A stretch of DNA of 64,000 bases. It comes from Phycisphaerales bacterium. GTDB taxonomy: Bacteria; Planctomycetota; Phycisphaerae; Phycisphaerales; UBA1924. Positions 1 to 8,402 of the stretch are shown one piece after another. The position numbers and the translations under genes were made by a program. How positions within the stretch are numbered: the first letter of the stretch is position 1; each line of letters begins with the position of its first letter. The notes beneath the pieces are model-generated. The model made no database searches, was not told where the DNA came from, and saw only the letters and a list, made by a program, of their open reading frames with translations. The stretch covers positions 10,246 through 74,245 of the forward strand of contig JAJDDN010000004.1 in the NCBI GenBank assembly GCA_029260295.1, written 5' to 3'.

Positions 1-250
1 AGCGACTCCAATAACTACTCACGAATAGAAACCCGTTTTGATTCGCCCAATCGTCCATCCGAGCAATTGCCAACTCATCATCTTCATCAAGATCATTCTC
101 TATCGCGACCAATCCACCTTCGGGTGATGCCATCCCCGTGAAAGTGCTATGAACTGTCATCACGAGCCGTATCGCCACAAAGATCAAAAAACAAAGGATC
201 AAACCGATCACACCGAGAAATGTAATTATATCAACGCTCAAAGCATTCAC
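1..250 (-). CDS. hypothetical small membrane protein (partial, runs off the window edge)
   Basis: My own minus-strand translation opens at GTG (250), 10 nt after the scoA stop: VNALSVDIITFLGVIGLILCFLIFVAIRLV... One hydrophobic helix, then an acidic tail. Composition fits minus-strand coding. No recognisable family. Confidence 0.3.
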   Translation of the reverse strand, partial: MNALSVDIITFLGVIGLILCFLIFVAIRLVMTVHSTFTGMASPEGGLVAIENDLDEDDELAIARMDDWANQNGFLFVSSYWSR

Positions 251-260
251 TCCCTGCGGG

Positions 261-992
261 CTATTGGACGCTCACTGTGCGTTGCTCGATCCGTTTTTCT
301 GAAACGGTCTGCACAACACGGTCCACATACACCCCTGAGAGATGCACATCATCGGGATCAAAGGCCCCCGTCTCAACAATCTCATCAACCTCAGCAATCG
401 TGAAACGGGCCCCGGTCGCCATCTCCGGATTAAAGTTCCGCGCGGTCGCATGAAAGATCAGGTTCCCGAACCGATCCGCCTTGGCGGCTTTGATCAACGC
501 AAGGTCACCAAAGAGCCCGGTCTCCATTATAAACTCTCGTTGCTCGCCACCGTTCGGCGTGGCAAAGGTTCGGGTTTCCTTTCCATCAGCAACCTGGGTC
601 CCCACACCAGTCGCAGTATAGAACGCTGGAATCCCCGCACCACCCGCACGAACACGCTCAGCGAGCGTCCCCTGCGGATTGAACTCGACCTCAAGTTCCC
701 CACTAAGGAACTGGCGGGCAAACTCATCGTTCTCTCCGACATAGGAGGAAATCATTTTTTTAATTTGTTTAGTCTCCAGCAGAAGCCCGAGCCCCCACCC
801 ATCGACGCCCGCGTTGTTGGAAACACAGGTGATCCCGCGAACCCCAGTATCCCGGAGCGCCATGATGAGCTGCTCAGGTATGCCGCAGAGGCCGAAGCCA
901 CCAACCATGCACATCATGCCGTCATGAACGATGCCCATCTCCTGCAAATCTGAAAAGCAGTGCTTTGGAGTCGAATACTCTTTGGAACCCAT
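261..992 (-). CDS. scoA: 3-oxoacid (succinyl-CoA:3-ketoacid) CoA-transferase subunit A
   Basis: 243 aa with MVGGFGLCGIPEQLI, SNNAG and ENDEFARQFLSGELEVEFNPQGTLAERVRAGGAGIPAFYT, typical of ScoA/AtoD-type CoA-transferase A subunits. Confidence 0.85.
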   Translation of the reverse strand: MGSKEYSTPKHCFSDLQEMGIVHDGMMCMVGGFGLCGIPEQLIMALRDTGVRGITCVSNNAGVDGWGLGLLLETKQIKKMISSYVGENDEFARQFLSGELEVEFNPQGTLAERVRAGGAGIPAFYTATGVGTQVADGKETRTFATPNGGEQREFIMETGLFGDLALIKAAKADRFGNLIFHATARNFNPEMATGARFTIAEVDEIVETGAFDPDDVHLSGVYVDRVVQTVSEKRIEQRTVSVQ

Positions 993-1141
993 TGTGTCCT
1001 CCGAATGGTGGTTTTTACCAATACCTTAATCAGATCCGAAAGGTATAGTCTATCTCAAATCAGCGATGTATATGCTGATTATACAATGGGACAGAGGGCG
1101 GGCAGGGTCTGAAGGCCCTGAAAATTTAAAGGGACTCACTC

Positions 1142-1927
1142 GTGAATGACGGGTCAATATCGGCTAAATCCTGTGAATCTACAACTCCAGATCTACAATC
1201 AAATATGCAAGTGCCAAATGCTCTCCAAGGACAGTACGCTGAACTGATCCTCAAAAGCATGATCTATGGCTTTCACTCAACTGCTATTCTGGTCACCAAC
1301 CCAGATGGGGTGATTTTAGTTGCCAACAAAATCGCCGCCCTCGGCTTCCCGGATATGACTGTCGAATCAGTCAAAGGGAAAAATTTCTGTGATCTGGCAC
1401 CAAAGGAATGGGCACTCGAACGCATCAAGTTCATGAAAACTGCAATCGAACGAAAGCACCCCTTGCTGGTCATAGAGGTACTCGATGGCACCCGCCTTTG
1501 CTCGACAATCAGCCCCATTGAAATCCCCGGAGAAGATAGCTCTCAGTGGATTCTACTTTTTACAGTCGAACAAATCACACCCATGAAACTTCAGTGGTTG
1601 CGCGACACCAAGCAACCCGAAGAACTCGTTGATGCCAAGTTCATCGACCTAGGCCCACTCTCGGCCCTCACCCCCCGCGAACTCGAAGTCCTCGCACTCA
1701 TGGGTCATGGCCTCCGGCAGAAACAAATCGCAGAAAAGCTAAACCGCTCAGTATCCACCATCGACCGTCACCGCGAACGAATTGGCGAAAAACTAGGCAT
1801 CACCGACCGCATCGAACTCGTCGCCATGGCACGCGAAGCCGCTCTAGAAGTCAACGACGCCACACGCACAAATACCCCCTTTGGACACTCGTACGACAAG
1901 CCCTACAACAAGCCCTCAGGCATCTGA
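1142..1927 (+). CDS. LuxR-family transcriptional regulator with N-terminal PAS-like sensor domain
   Basis: C-terminal LuxR/GerE helix-turn-helix LTPRELEVLALMGHGLRQKQIAEKLNRSVSTIDRHRERIGEKLGI. The N-terminal ~150 aa look PAS-like. GTG start. Confidence 0.7.
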   Translation: MNDGSISAKSCESTTPDLQSNMQVPNALQGQYAELILKSMIYGFHSTAILVTNPDGVILVANKIAALGFPDMTVESVKGKNFCDLAPKEWALERIKFMKTAIERKHPLLVIEVLDGTRLCSTISPIEIPGEDSSQWILLFTVEQITPMKLQWLRDTKQPEELVDAKFIDLGPLSALTPRELEVLALMGHGLRQKQIAEKLNRSVSTIDRHRERIGEKLGITDRIELVAMAREAALEVNDATRTNTPFGHSYDKPYNKPSGI

Positions 1928-1951
1928 AACAACGCATTCACAAACCAATGA

Positions 1952-2458
1952 CTATCGGCTTCGCCCAGATGCAAAGAGCGAAGCCTGATCCGGGCTTGGA
2001 GACGGACGCGCCGAAAGATCATCAAGTTCCCGCTGAATATCTTCGAGCGTCGACAACTGCAGATGCTCAGTCGCAAACCGAATATACGCAATCTTGTCAA
2101 CATCCCGCAGCTTGCTCATCACACGCTCCCCGATCAACACCGTAGGCACCTCTCGTTCAAACTCTGAGTGCAACTCCTCCTCTACGAGTTTGGCGAGAGC
2201 TTGCTTGATATCCTCGGAGATCGGCCGCTTCCCGCACGCATTGGCGATCCCCCGCATGATGTTCTCAGAACTAAACGCCACCCGCGAGCCATCCTTCTTG
2301 ACCACCATCAGCCGCCCCGCAGGCTCAACCCGCTCGTAAGTCGTAAACCGCCGGTCACACTTGACGCAATGCCGACGCCGACGAATCACCGCCCCACCCT
2401 CGCTAGAACGCGAATCGATCACCTTGTCCTGGTTATGGCTACAGAATGGACAGATCAT
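1952..2458 (-). CDS. nrdR: transcriptional repressor NrdR (zinc ribbon + ATP-cone)
   Basis: MICPFCSHNQDKVIDSRSSEGGAVIRRRRHCVKCDRRFTTYERVE is the canonical NrdR N-terminus. I chose the internal ATG at 2458 rather than the ORF maximum at 2479. Confidence 0.9.
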   Translation of the reverse strand: MICPFCSHNQDKVIDSRSSEGGAVIRRRRHCVKCDRRFTTYERVEPAGRLMVVKKDGSRVAFSSENIMRGIANACGKRPISEDIKQALAKLVEEELHSEFEREVPTVLIGERVMSKLRDVDKIAYIRFATEHLQLSTLEDIQRELDDLSARPSPSPDQASLFASGRSR

Positions 2459-2542
2459 ACAAAAACGCCTCCGATGCACGAATTATACCAAGTCTGGTAT
2501 GCCCGTGCGTCCAAGGCGTTCATTGAACACGATATAGCGGAA

Positions 2543-3886
2543 TTATTCGAGCCCCTCAAAGAGGGCCGCGTACTCCGAATCGAGCAATCGGCTGCGGAGA
2601 TACATGTACCGCTCCTCGTTCTCATCAACCTCAAGCTCAAGCTCGTTGATTGATTTGAGCAGCCGATCATTCTCGGCACTATTGCCCCCAGCCTTTGAGT
2701 CCGGAGAAAATACAGCCAACCCCTCCGAAATCAGATTGCTCTTGAGTGCACGGAGTTTCTCTTGGGAATTCAGCAGTGCCTCGCGAGCCGTGCTGAACTC
2801 TTTCTGGAGGTCCTTGACGACCCGTTCAGCATCCTTTATTCTTTGAGCAAACTGAGCCCGATGCTTGGCCATTTCCTGTTCCGCCTCAGCCCTTCTCAGT
2901 TCTCTGTCCCGATCACGCTCAATCTTCCGCTCAATCTGTCGCCGCTCAATCATGGCGTTGAGTTCCGCACTGAACCGCAACACATTCTCATGAATCTCTG
3001 GAGTCGCCGCTACCACAAACGCCTCATCAATCACCTCGATCGAGGCGTACCTCAGATCATGTTTGACCTTGAGCAAGTTGGTCAGTGAGTTTGCGTAATC
3101 AATGCGTTCGCCTGCCATTGACAACCAGACAGGCGACGGGTAGATCCGCATCTCGATCTGCTTCCGCTCATACTCATCGTTCGTCTGATACAGCACAGAA
3201 TCCGCCGTGATCTCCAGATTGTATCCATATCTCACATTGTCAAACAACTTCCGAAACTGCTCGATCGCCTGGTCAAAGGTAAACTGCCCCGCAAACTGAG
3301 AATGCACATTTATGTACATCGCATTCTCAGGGCTCATTGCCCCCGGGCTAAAGCTCACCGACCGATCAAACGCCTTGCCGATCTCATTCAATATACCACT
3401 CACCGACGCCGTCCCAACATCAAAGGCATGCACCTTCTCGTCGTCAGTACTGCTTGATTCCGCAAATACCAACGCCGAGCCGCTCTCTTCCACCGCTGCC
3501 CCGCCAGTGTTCTGCAAAGAAATCCCGCCAATCGAAAGCCCCGCAACAGCCGCTGTAATCAGTGCAATATTCATGATTCGTCTCCTTGGATTCGCCCTCG
3601 TGTGGGCATGTGAAATCAGTTTGGCAAGCTCGGCAGTCTCCCCAAGCTCGGCGACCGCGATGCGGACCGCCTCGGGTTCAAGAGTCCCCGTAATCAATAA
3701 ATCATCAACCCGTGACCGAAGATGGTCTTCGAGTTCGTCCCGCACCTGCAGCCGTTGAGACTCAGGGAGCGACAGCATCGAGGTCAACACATCAAGCCAC
3801 CCCGAGATCGAGTCTCGGCTCGAAGGCGTTACATCCGCCTTCTGCGCTTTCTGCGCTTTCCGTGTTGGGGTGTTAAAAATTGGCAT
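2543..3886 (-). CDS. PadR-associated membrane-anchored protein with extracytoplasmic domain and C-terminal coiled coil
   Basis: Start overlaps the PadR stop. The N-terminal helical region (LPESQRLQVRDELEDHLRSRVDDL...AELGETAELA) resembles the sensor partners encoded after PadR genes. One TM helix (IMNIALITAAVAGLSIGGISL). Charged heptad-like C-terminus. Confidence 0.55.
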   Translation of the reverse strand: MPIFNTPTRKAQKAQKADVTPSSRDSISGWLDVLTSMLSLPESQRLQVRDELEDHLRSRVDDLLITGTLEPEAVRIAVAELGETAELAKLISHAHTRANPRRRIMNIALITAAVAGLSIGGISLQNTGGAAVEESGSALVFAESSSTDDEKVHAFDVGTASVSGILNEIGKAFDRSVSFSPGAMSPENAMYINVHSQFAGQFTFDQAIEQFRKLFDNVRYGYNLEITADSVLYQTNDEYERKQIEMRIYPSPVWLSMAGERIDYANSLTNLLKVKHDLRYASIEVIDEAFVVAATPEIHENVLRFSAELNAMIERRQIERKIERDRDRELRRAEAEQEMAKHRAQFAQRIKDAERVVKDLQKEFSTAREALLNSQEKLRALKSNLISEGLAVFSPDSKAGGNSAENDRLLKSINELELEVDENEERYMYLRSRLLDSEYAALFEGLE

Positions 3887-4266
3887 CAGCCGGCGAGTCC
3901 GCTTTCCGTGTGTGCATTGCCCGACGCAGGCAATACGAAACCGTCAAGAATCGATTGCATCTGACGGTGCATCTCAATCCGTCGCTCAAGTTGCTTCTGC
4001 CCCTTGGCGCTCAGCGTGTACCACTTCCTACGACGCCCGCTAGAGTCCGGGTCAGCCCCCGCCGCCTTGACCTCTTCCCAGTCCGTTGTCACCAAACCAT
4101 TCTTCTCAAGCTTGGTCAGCAGCGGGTACATCCCCGACGCCGAGAGCTTGAAATGCCCGTCAGACCGAGCCGCGATGTCCTTACTAATCGCATACCCGTA
4201 CGAAGCCCCGGCCGCGAGCACCGAGAGGACGACGAGTTCCGAGTTGTCTTGTTTCAATGTCAGCAT
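3886..4266 (-). CDS. PadR-family transcriptional regulator
   Basis: 126 aa with a winged-helix signature: SYGYAISKDI...SGMYPLLTKLEKNGLVTTDWEE...RRRKWYTLSAKGQKQL. Confidence 0.85.
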   Translation of the reverse strand: MLTLKQDNSELVVLSVLAAGASYGYAISKDIAARSDGHFKLSASGMYPLLTKLEKNGLVTTDWEEVKAAGADPDSSGRRRKWYTLSAKGQKQLERRIEMHRQMQSILDGFVLPASGNAHTESGLAG

Positions 4267-4294
4267 GATTGAGTTCCTCGGCTAGTTATACGCC

Positions 4295-4310
4295 ACTAGA
4301 TATATCTAGT
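4295..4310. promoter_or_regulatory. perfect 16-bp palindrome ACTAGATATATCTAGT in the divergent PadR / arsR-arsM intergenic region (candidate operator)
   Basis: Read directly. An imperfect inverted repeat TTCGATATATCCGAA (4311-4325) follows immediately. It lies between the PadR start (4266) and the ArsR start (4404). Confidence 0.4.
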
Positions 4311-4403
4311 TTCGATATATCCGAATTAAATGCCAATCTTTTCATTTTCCAATGGAAGAAAATGACTGGAGTGCGTATTCTTATTTACCGAAATGAGAAA
4401 ACA

Positions 4404-4799
4404 ATGAACCAACTCACCACCATCACCCACGCACTCTCAGACCCCACCCGCATCCGCCTATTGGCCGCGTGCCTGGACCAAGAACGCTGCGTTTGCCAGC
4501 TCGTCGAGCTCATCGACCTCTCCAACGCCTCGATCTCCAAACACCTCGCCACCCTCCGCAACGCCGGGCTCCTCGAGTCCCGCAAAGAAGGCCGGTGGGT
4601 GCATTACCAAACCCAACAATCCCCCACCACCATCATCGCCGACGCACTCGCCTTCGTCCAAACCCACGCGCTCAGCGACGACCAAATCCAATCCGATAAA
4701 TCAAAGCTCGCCGAGATCGACACGATCGACCCGTGCGACCTCGCCAAGATGCAACGCACCGGGTGCTGCATCCCAACCCAACAAGGAGTATCCCTATGA
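4404..4799 (+). CDS. arsR: ArsR/SmtB-family metalloregulator
   Basis: THALSDPTRIRLLAACLDQERCVCQLVELIDLSNASISKHLATLRNAGLLESRKEGRWVHY, including the CVC metal site. I used the internal ATG at 4404. Its stop overlaps the arsM ATG (ATGA). Confidence 0.85.
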   Translation: MNQLTTITHALSDPTRIRLLAACLDQERCVCQLVELIDLSNASISKHLATLRNAGLLESRKEGRWVHYQTQQSPTTIIADALAFVQTHALSDDQIQSDKSKLAEIDTIDPCDLAKMQRTGCCIPTQQGVSL

Positions 4800-5650
4800 A
4801 AACCAACGAAGAAATCCGTCAACAGATCCGTTCCGACTACGCAGGGATCGCCGACAACAGCGGCAACTGCTGCGCCGGCGCCTGCGGCGTCACCGAATCC
4901 ATCGATGCCGACCAACTCGCCCAGCAAATCGGATACACCAAAGAAGAACTCGAATCCCTCCCCGCCGACGCCAACATGGGACTCTCCTGCGGCAACCCCA
5001 CCGTCATCGCCAACCTCAAACAAGGCGAAACAATCCTCGACCTCGGCTCCGGCGGCGGCTTCGACATCTTCCTCGCCGGACCAAAGGTCGGTAAAGACGG
5101 CCGAGCCATCGGCATCGACATGACACCCCAAATGATCGACAAAGCCCGCGCCAACATCGATCACTACCAAACCAACACCGGCCTACAAAATGTCGAGTTC
5201 CGCCTCGGAGAAATCGAGCACCTCCCTGTCGCAGACAACTCCGTAGATGTCATCATCTCAAACTGCGTCCTTAACCTCTCGATGGACAAGCAACAAGTCT
5301 GGAACGAGATCGCCCGCGTCCTCAAACCCGGCGGCCGCATCGCAATCTCCGACATCGCCCTACTCTGCCAGGTCCCCGATGAAGTCAAATCAATCCTCGA
5401 AGCATGGGCCGGCTGCGTCGCCGGAGCGATCCCCATCGAAGAAATGCGCACGCAAATGGTCAACGCCGGCATGGACAACATCACCCTGACCCCCAAGGCG
5501 CACTATGTCAACGCATTAACAGCAGCCAATGACCCACTCTACGCCAAGGTCACAGCACTACTCCCCGACGGCCAGACCGCCGAAGAAGTCATCACCAGCG
5601 TGGACATCCTCGCCACCAAACCCTGCGGCTGTGGCGAAAAATGCTGCTAG
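4796..5650 (+). CDS. arsM: arsenite S-adenosylmethionine methyltransferase (ArsM-like)
   Basis: IRSDYAGIA...CC..AC, SCGNP, SAM motif [23 protein letters not shown], cysteine-rich C-terminus. Translationally coupled to arsR. Confidence 0.85.
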   Translation: MKTNEEIRQQIRSDYAGIADNSGNCCAGACGVTESIDADQLAQQIGYTKEELESLPADANMGLSCGNPTVIANLKQGETILDLGSGGGFDIFLAGPKVGKDGRAIGIDMTPQMIDKARANIDHYQTNTGLQNVEFRLGEIEHLPVADNSVDVIISNCVLNLSMDKQQVWNEIARVLKPGGRIAISDIALLCQVPDEVKSILEAWAGCVAGAIPIEEMRTQMVNAGMDNITLTPKAHYVNALTAANDPLYAKVTALLPDGQTAEEVITSVDILATKPCGCGEKCC

Positions 5651-5655
5651 TCTGT

Positions 5656-7056
5656 TTACATCATCAGCAGATTTCCGATCAGCGAACCCAGCAGCAACGC
5701 CACAAGGATCAAGAACGGCGGCCAGAGCAACCGGTCAGCGATCCCGTTTGAGGATTTATCAACCGAGTTCTCTTGCATCGGGGTCGTCACAGCCGCCTCA
5801 GCCTGTGCCAATGCAGTCAGATCCGCCTCGCCCATCACATCATGATGAGCAATCGGTGGCACATCCCCGTCTTTGAGTGCACGCAGATCGACCAGCAGAT
5901 CCGAACAGTTTTTGTAACGGTGACGGACCTTCTTGGCCATCATCATCTCGATGACCTCGCTGATCCCCGCTGACAACTTCGGATTGACATGATCCGGCGG
6001 GATCAGCTCGCTCTTCAAATGCTTATGCATCACCGCGCTCGGGCTCTTGCCCTCAAACGGCACAGCACCCGTCACCATGTGGTACAGCGTCGTCCCCAGC
6101 GAATAAATATCCGCCGGCGGGCCGATCTCCTTCTCACCACGGATCTGCTCAGGTGAAATATAGTACGGCGTACCAAACGCACGCCCAGCCTCAGCCTCCG
6201 CGGCCTCCACATCACTCATCGCCCGCGCAAGCCCCATATCCGCAAGCTTGACCACACCCTCTTTGGTGATCATGATGTTCTTAGGCTTCACATCCCGGTG
6301 GATCAGCCCCATCTCATGGGCATGCTCGAGTGCCTCGGCCACCTGGATTATGATCTCAACAGCAAGTTGCTCTTTAAACCGCTTGTGCTCGACAATGTCC
6401 TCGTGCACAGTCCGCCCATCAACATACTCCATCACGAAGTAATAGATGTCCCCCTCGTTGCCCACATCAAACGCCTGAACAATGTTCGGGTGATTGAGCG
6501 ATGCAGCCGCCCGCCCCTCAGCAAAGAACCGCTCAATAAACTGAGGATTCTGCGAAAACTTCTCAGGCAGTTTCTTGAGCGCGACCATCCGGTCAAGCGA
6601 GACCTGCTTGGCCTTATAAACAGTCGCCATCGCACCGGCACCGAGCTTGCCGATGATTTTGTATCCAGAAATCTTGTTTCCCGAACGCTCCGCCTCGATC
6701 GACTCACGGAGCCGAGAGAGCTGACGCTTGGTGATGAACTCGCGATCAACGAGCACATGGGCGAGTGATTTTTCCGATGGCCCTTCGTCGCCCTCGCCAC
6801 GGGTCATGGTCTTGCAATGCTTGACCTCATCGCTGGTCGCCAGCCCCTGATCAATAACCAGACGGCCGATGAGCGTGTCAAGATTGGTACCCGACTTGGT
6901 CGCCGCCAAAATGGACTTCTCAGAATCCTCAATAGTCGCCGCATCGGTCGATCCAGAATCCAGCGGTGCCGTGTCCTCCGGAGAGATCGGGCTCACGCCA
7001 TCATGGGTGTCTTCGAGAAGACGAGGAACCGAGTTGTCGTCATGATTCTGAGACAC
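5656..7056 (-). CDS. serine/threonine protein kinase, C-terminally membrane anchored
   Basis: Hanks kinase motifs GKLGAGAMATVYKA, ALKKL, HRDVKPKNIMI, DMGLAR, GTPYYISPE. C-terminal TM helix WPPFLILVALLLGSLIGNLLMM. Confidence 0.85.
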   Translation of the reverse strand: MSQNHDDNSVPRLLEDTHDGVSPISPEDTAPLDSGSTDAATIEDSEKSILAATKSGTNLDTLIGRLVIDQGLATSDEVKHCKTMTRGEGDEGPSEKSLAHVLVDREFITKRQLSRLRESIEAERSGNKISGYKIIGKLGAGAMATVYKAKQVSLDRMVALKKLPEKFSQNPQFIERFFAEGRAAASLNHPNIVQAFDVGNEGDIYYFVMEYVDGRTVHEDIVEHKRFKEQLAVEIIIQVAEALEHAHEMGLIHRDVKPKNIMITKEGVVKLADMGLARAMSDVEAAEAEAGRAFGTPYYISPEQIRGEKEIGPPADIYSLGTTLYHMVTGAVPFEGKSPSAVMHKHLKSELIPPDHVNPKLSAGISEVIEMMMAKKVRHRYKNCSDLLVDLRALKDGDVPPIAHHDVMGEADLTALAQAEAAVTTPMQENSVDKSSNGIADRLLWPPFLILVALLLGSLIGNLLMM

Positions 7057-7347
7057 GAGTCGTCACCATCCAGCAGTTCAGCCGCTGCCAATCTGATCCC
7101 ACACAGGGCAGATTGGCCAAACAGCACAACACCGAGGGTAGGCAACCGATTCGGATTCGGAAAGAGCCACGGGCCAGCACAAAGCTCAACCCGTCCCTCG
7201 ACACAAGAACCCCGGCCAGAATGACCGGGACACAGACTGTACCAAGATACGGCCGGTTTTTGGTTGCGGATCATCCAGATCAGAACAAATCAAACATTCC
7301 TTCGCCCACCAATACCCAGACAACGCCCGATAGCCCACAAACCCCAG

Positions 7348-8244
7348 TTATGGGCACCCCCCGCTAAACTCGGTCAGGAATGAAGCGATGTCAAAGAAAT
7401 CGAATACGGTGTCATTGTTGTAATCCACCCGATCCGTGAGAAACATCGAAATATCGAAGAAATCGAGCTGCCCATCACCCGTGATGTCCGGGGAACAAGG
7501 CACAAACTGATCGATCGTCGGGGAGTATTCGATCACAAACTCGTCGATATACCGGAATGTCTTCCCATTCTCAATGTAGGTCGCATCTGGGTCGATCAAA
7601 AAGGTCGGATCTGCGGTTGCTGAGATTTCACAATCGGTCGAGAGCGTTGCATGCGCAACTATCTCAACCAACCCTGATTGCCCGACGGGAAGAACCGTGC
7701 TGTGAACAATGCTGAACGAATCTTGGGTAATGTCACCCCCACCGCTGAGCCCCGCGGACGCTCCTTCATGAATAAACGGGTTCAAGCTCGATGCCCCAGG
7801 CATAAATACTTTCGCAACAGCGCTCACCGATGCCCCTGCACCAGAGCCGGTTCTGGTCGCTGAAACATCCCCGCGAGCACGGATTACCACCGGAACCGCT
7901 GTTCTTGTAGAGCCAGCCACGGCTGATACATGATACAAATAACGAACCTGCGCATGGAGCGCGAGTGCCGAAGTAAAGCCCCCAGTGACAGCCGCTTGAA
8001 CATCCGCTTGTGGCGACTGCCCACCCGCGGTCATCACATCAGCATCAAATGAACGCGAGTTTCCAAACTGATCAACATCAGAATATCCCCAACTTCCAAA
8101 GACAGGGACATTGAGAAACCCACTATCGAACTGACCATCAGGAGCAACGATCCAAGCGTTGTACCACGCGTTGGCAACCTGCCCCTTGGCGGGTGTGATG
8201 AGGGCAATCAGACTAAGCAGGGCTGCAGCAGTGAGGACTTTCAT
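7348..8244 (-). CDS. secreted protein with C-terminal GCP-terminated dockerin-like anchor
   Basis: Signal peptide MKVLTAAALLSLIALITPAKGQ (start taken at the internal ATG 8244). The C-terminus is PDITGDGQLDFFDISMFLTDRVDYNNDTVFDFFDIASFLTEFSGGCP. The N-terminal domain is unrecognised. Confidence 0.6.
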   Translation of the reverse strand: MKVLTAAALLSLIALITPAKGQVANAWYNAWIVAPDGQFDSGFLNVPVFGSWGYSDVDQFGNSRSFDADVMTAGGQSPQADVQAAVTGGFTSALALHAQVRYLYHVSAVAGSTRTAVPVVIRARGDVSATRTGSGAGASVSAVAKVFMPGASSLNPFIHEGASAGLSGGGDITQDSFSIVHSTVLPVGQSGLVEIVAHATLSTDCEISATADPTFLIDPDATYIENGKTFRYIDEFVIEYSPTIDQFVPCSPDITGDGQLDFFDISMFLTDRVDYNNDTVFDFFDIASFLTEFSGGCP

Positions 8245-8402
8245 TGGGGGACTCCAAATAAACACATTGAAAGCTCCCCGAGCGAAGGGGGCTTATACAA
8301 ACAAAAGCGTCCGGGAGCATCTCGACCCGCCATGATCTGTGAGAATTCTTTGGGTTTTGGACATCTCGAACGCTCGGTGTCCAGGCCTAGACTTATCCCT
8401 CA

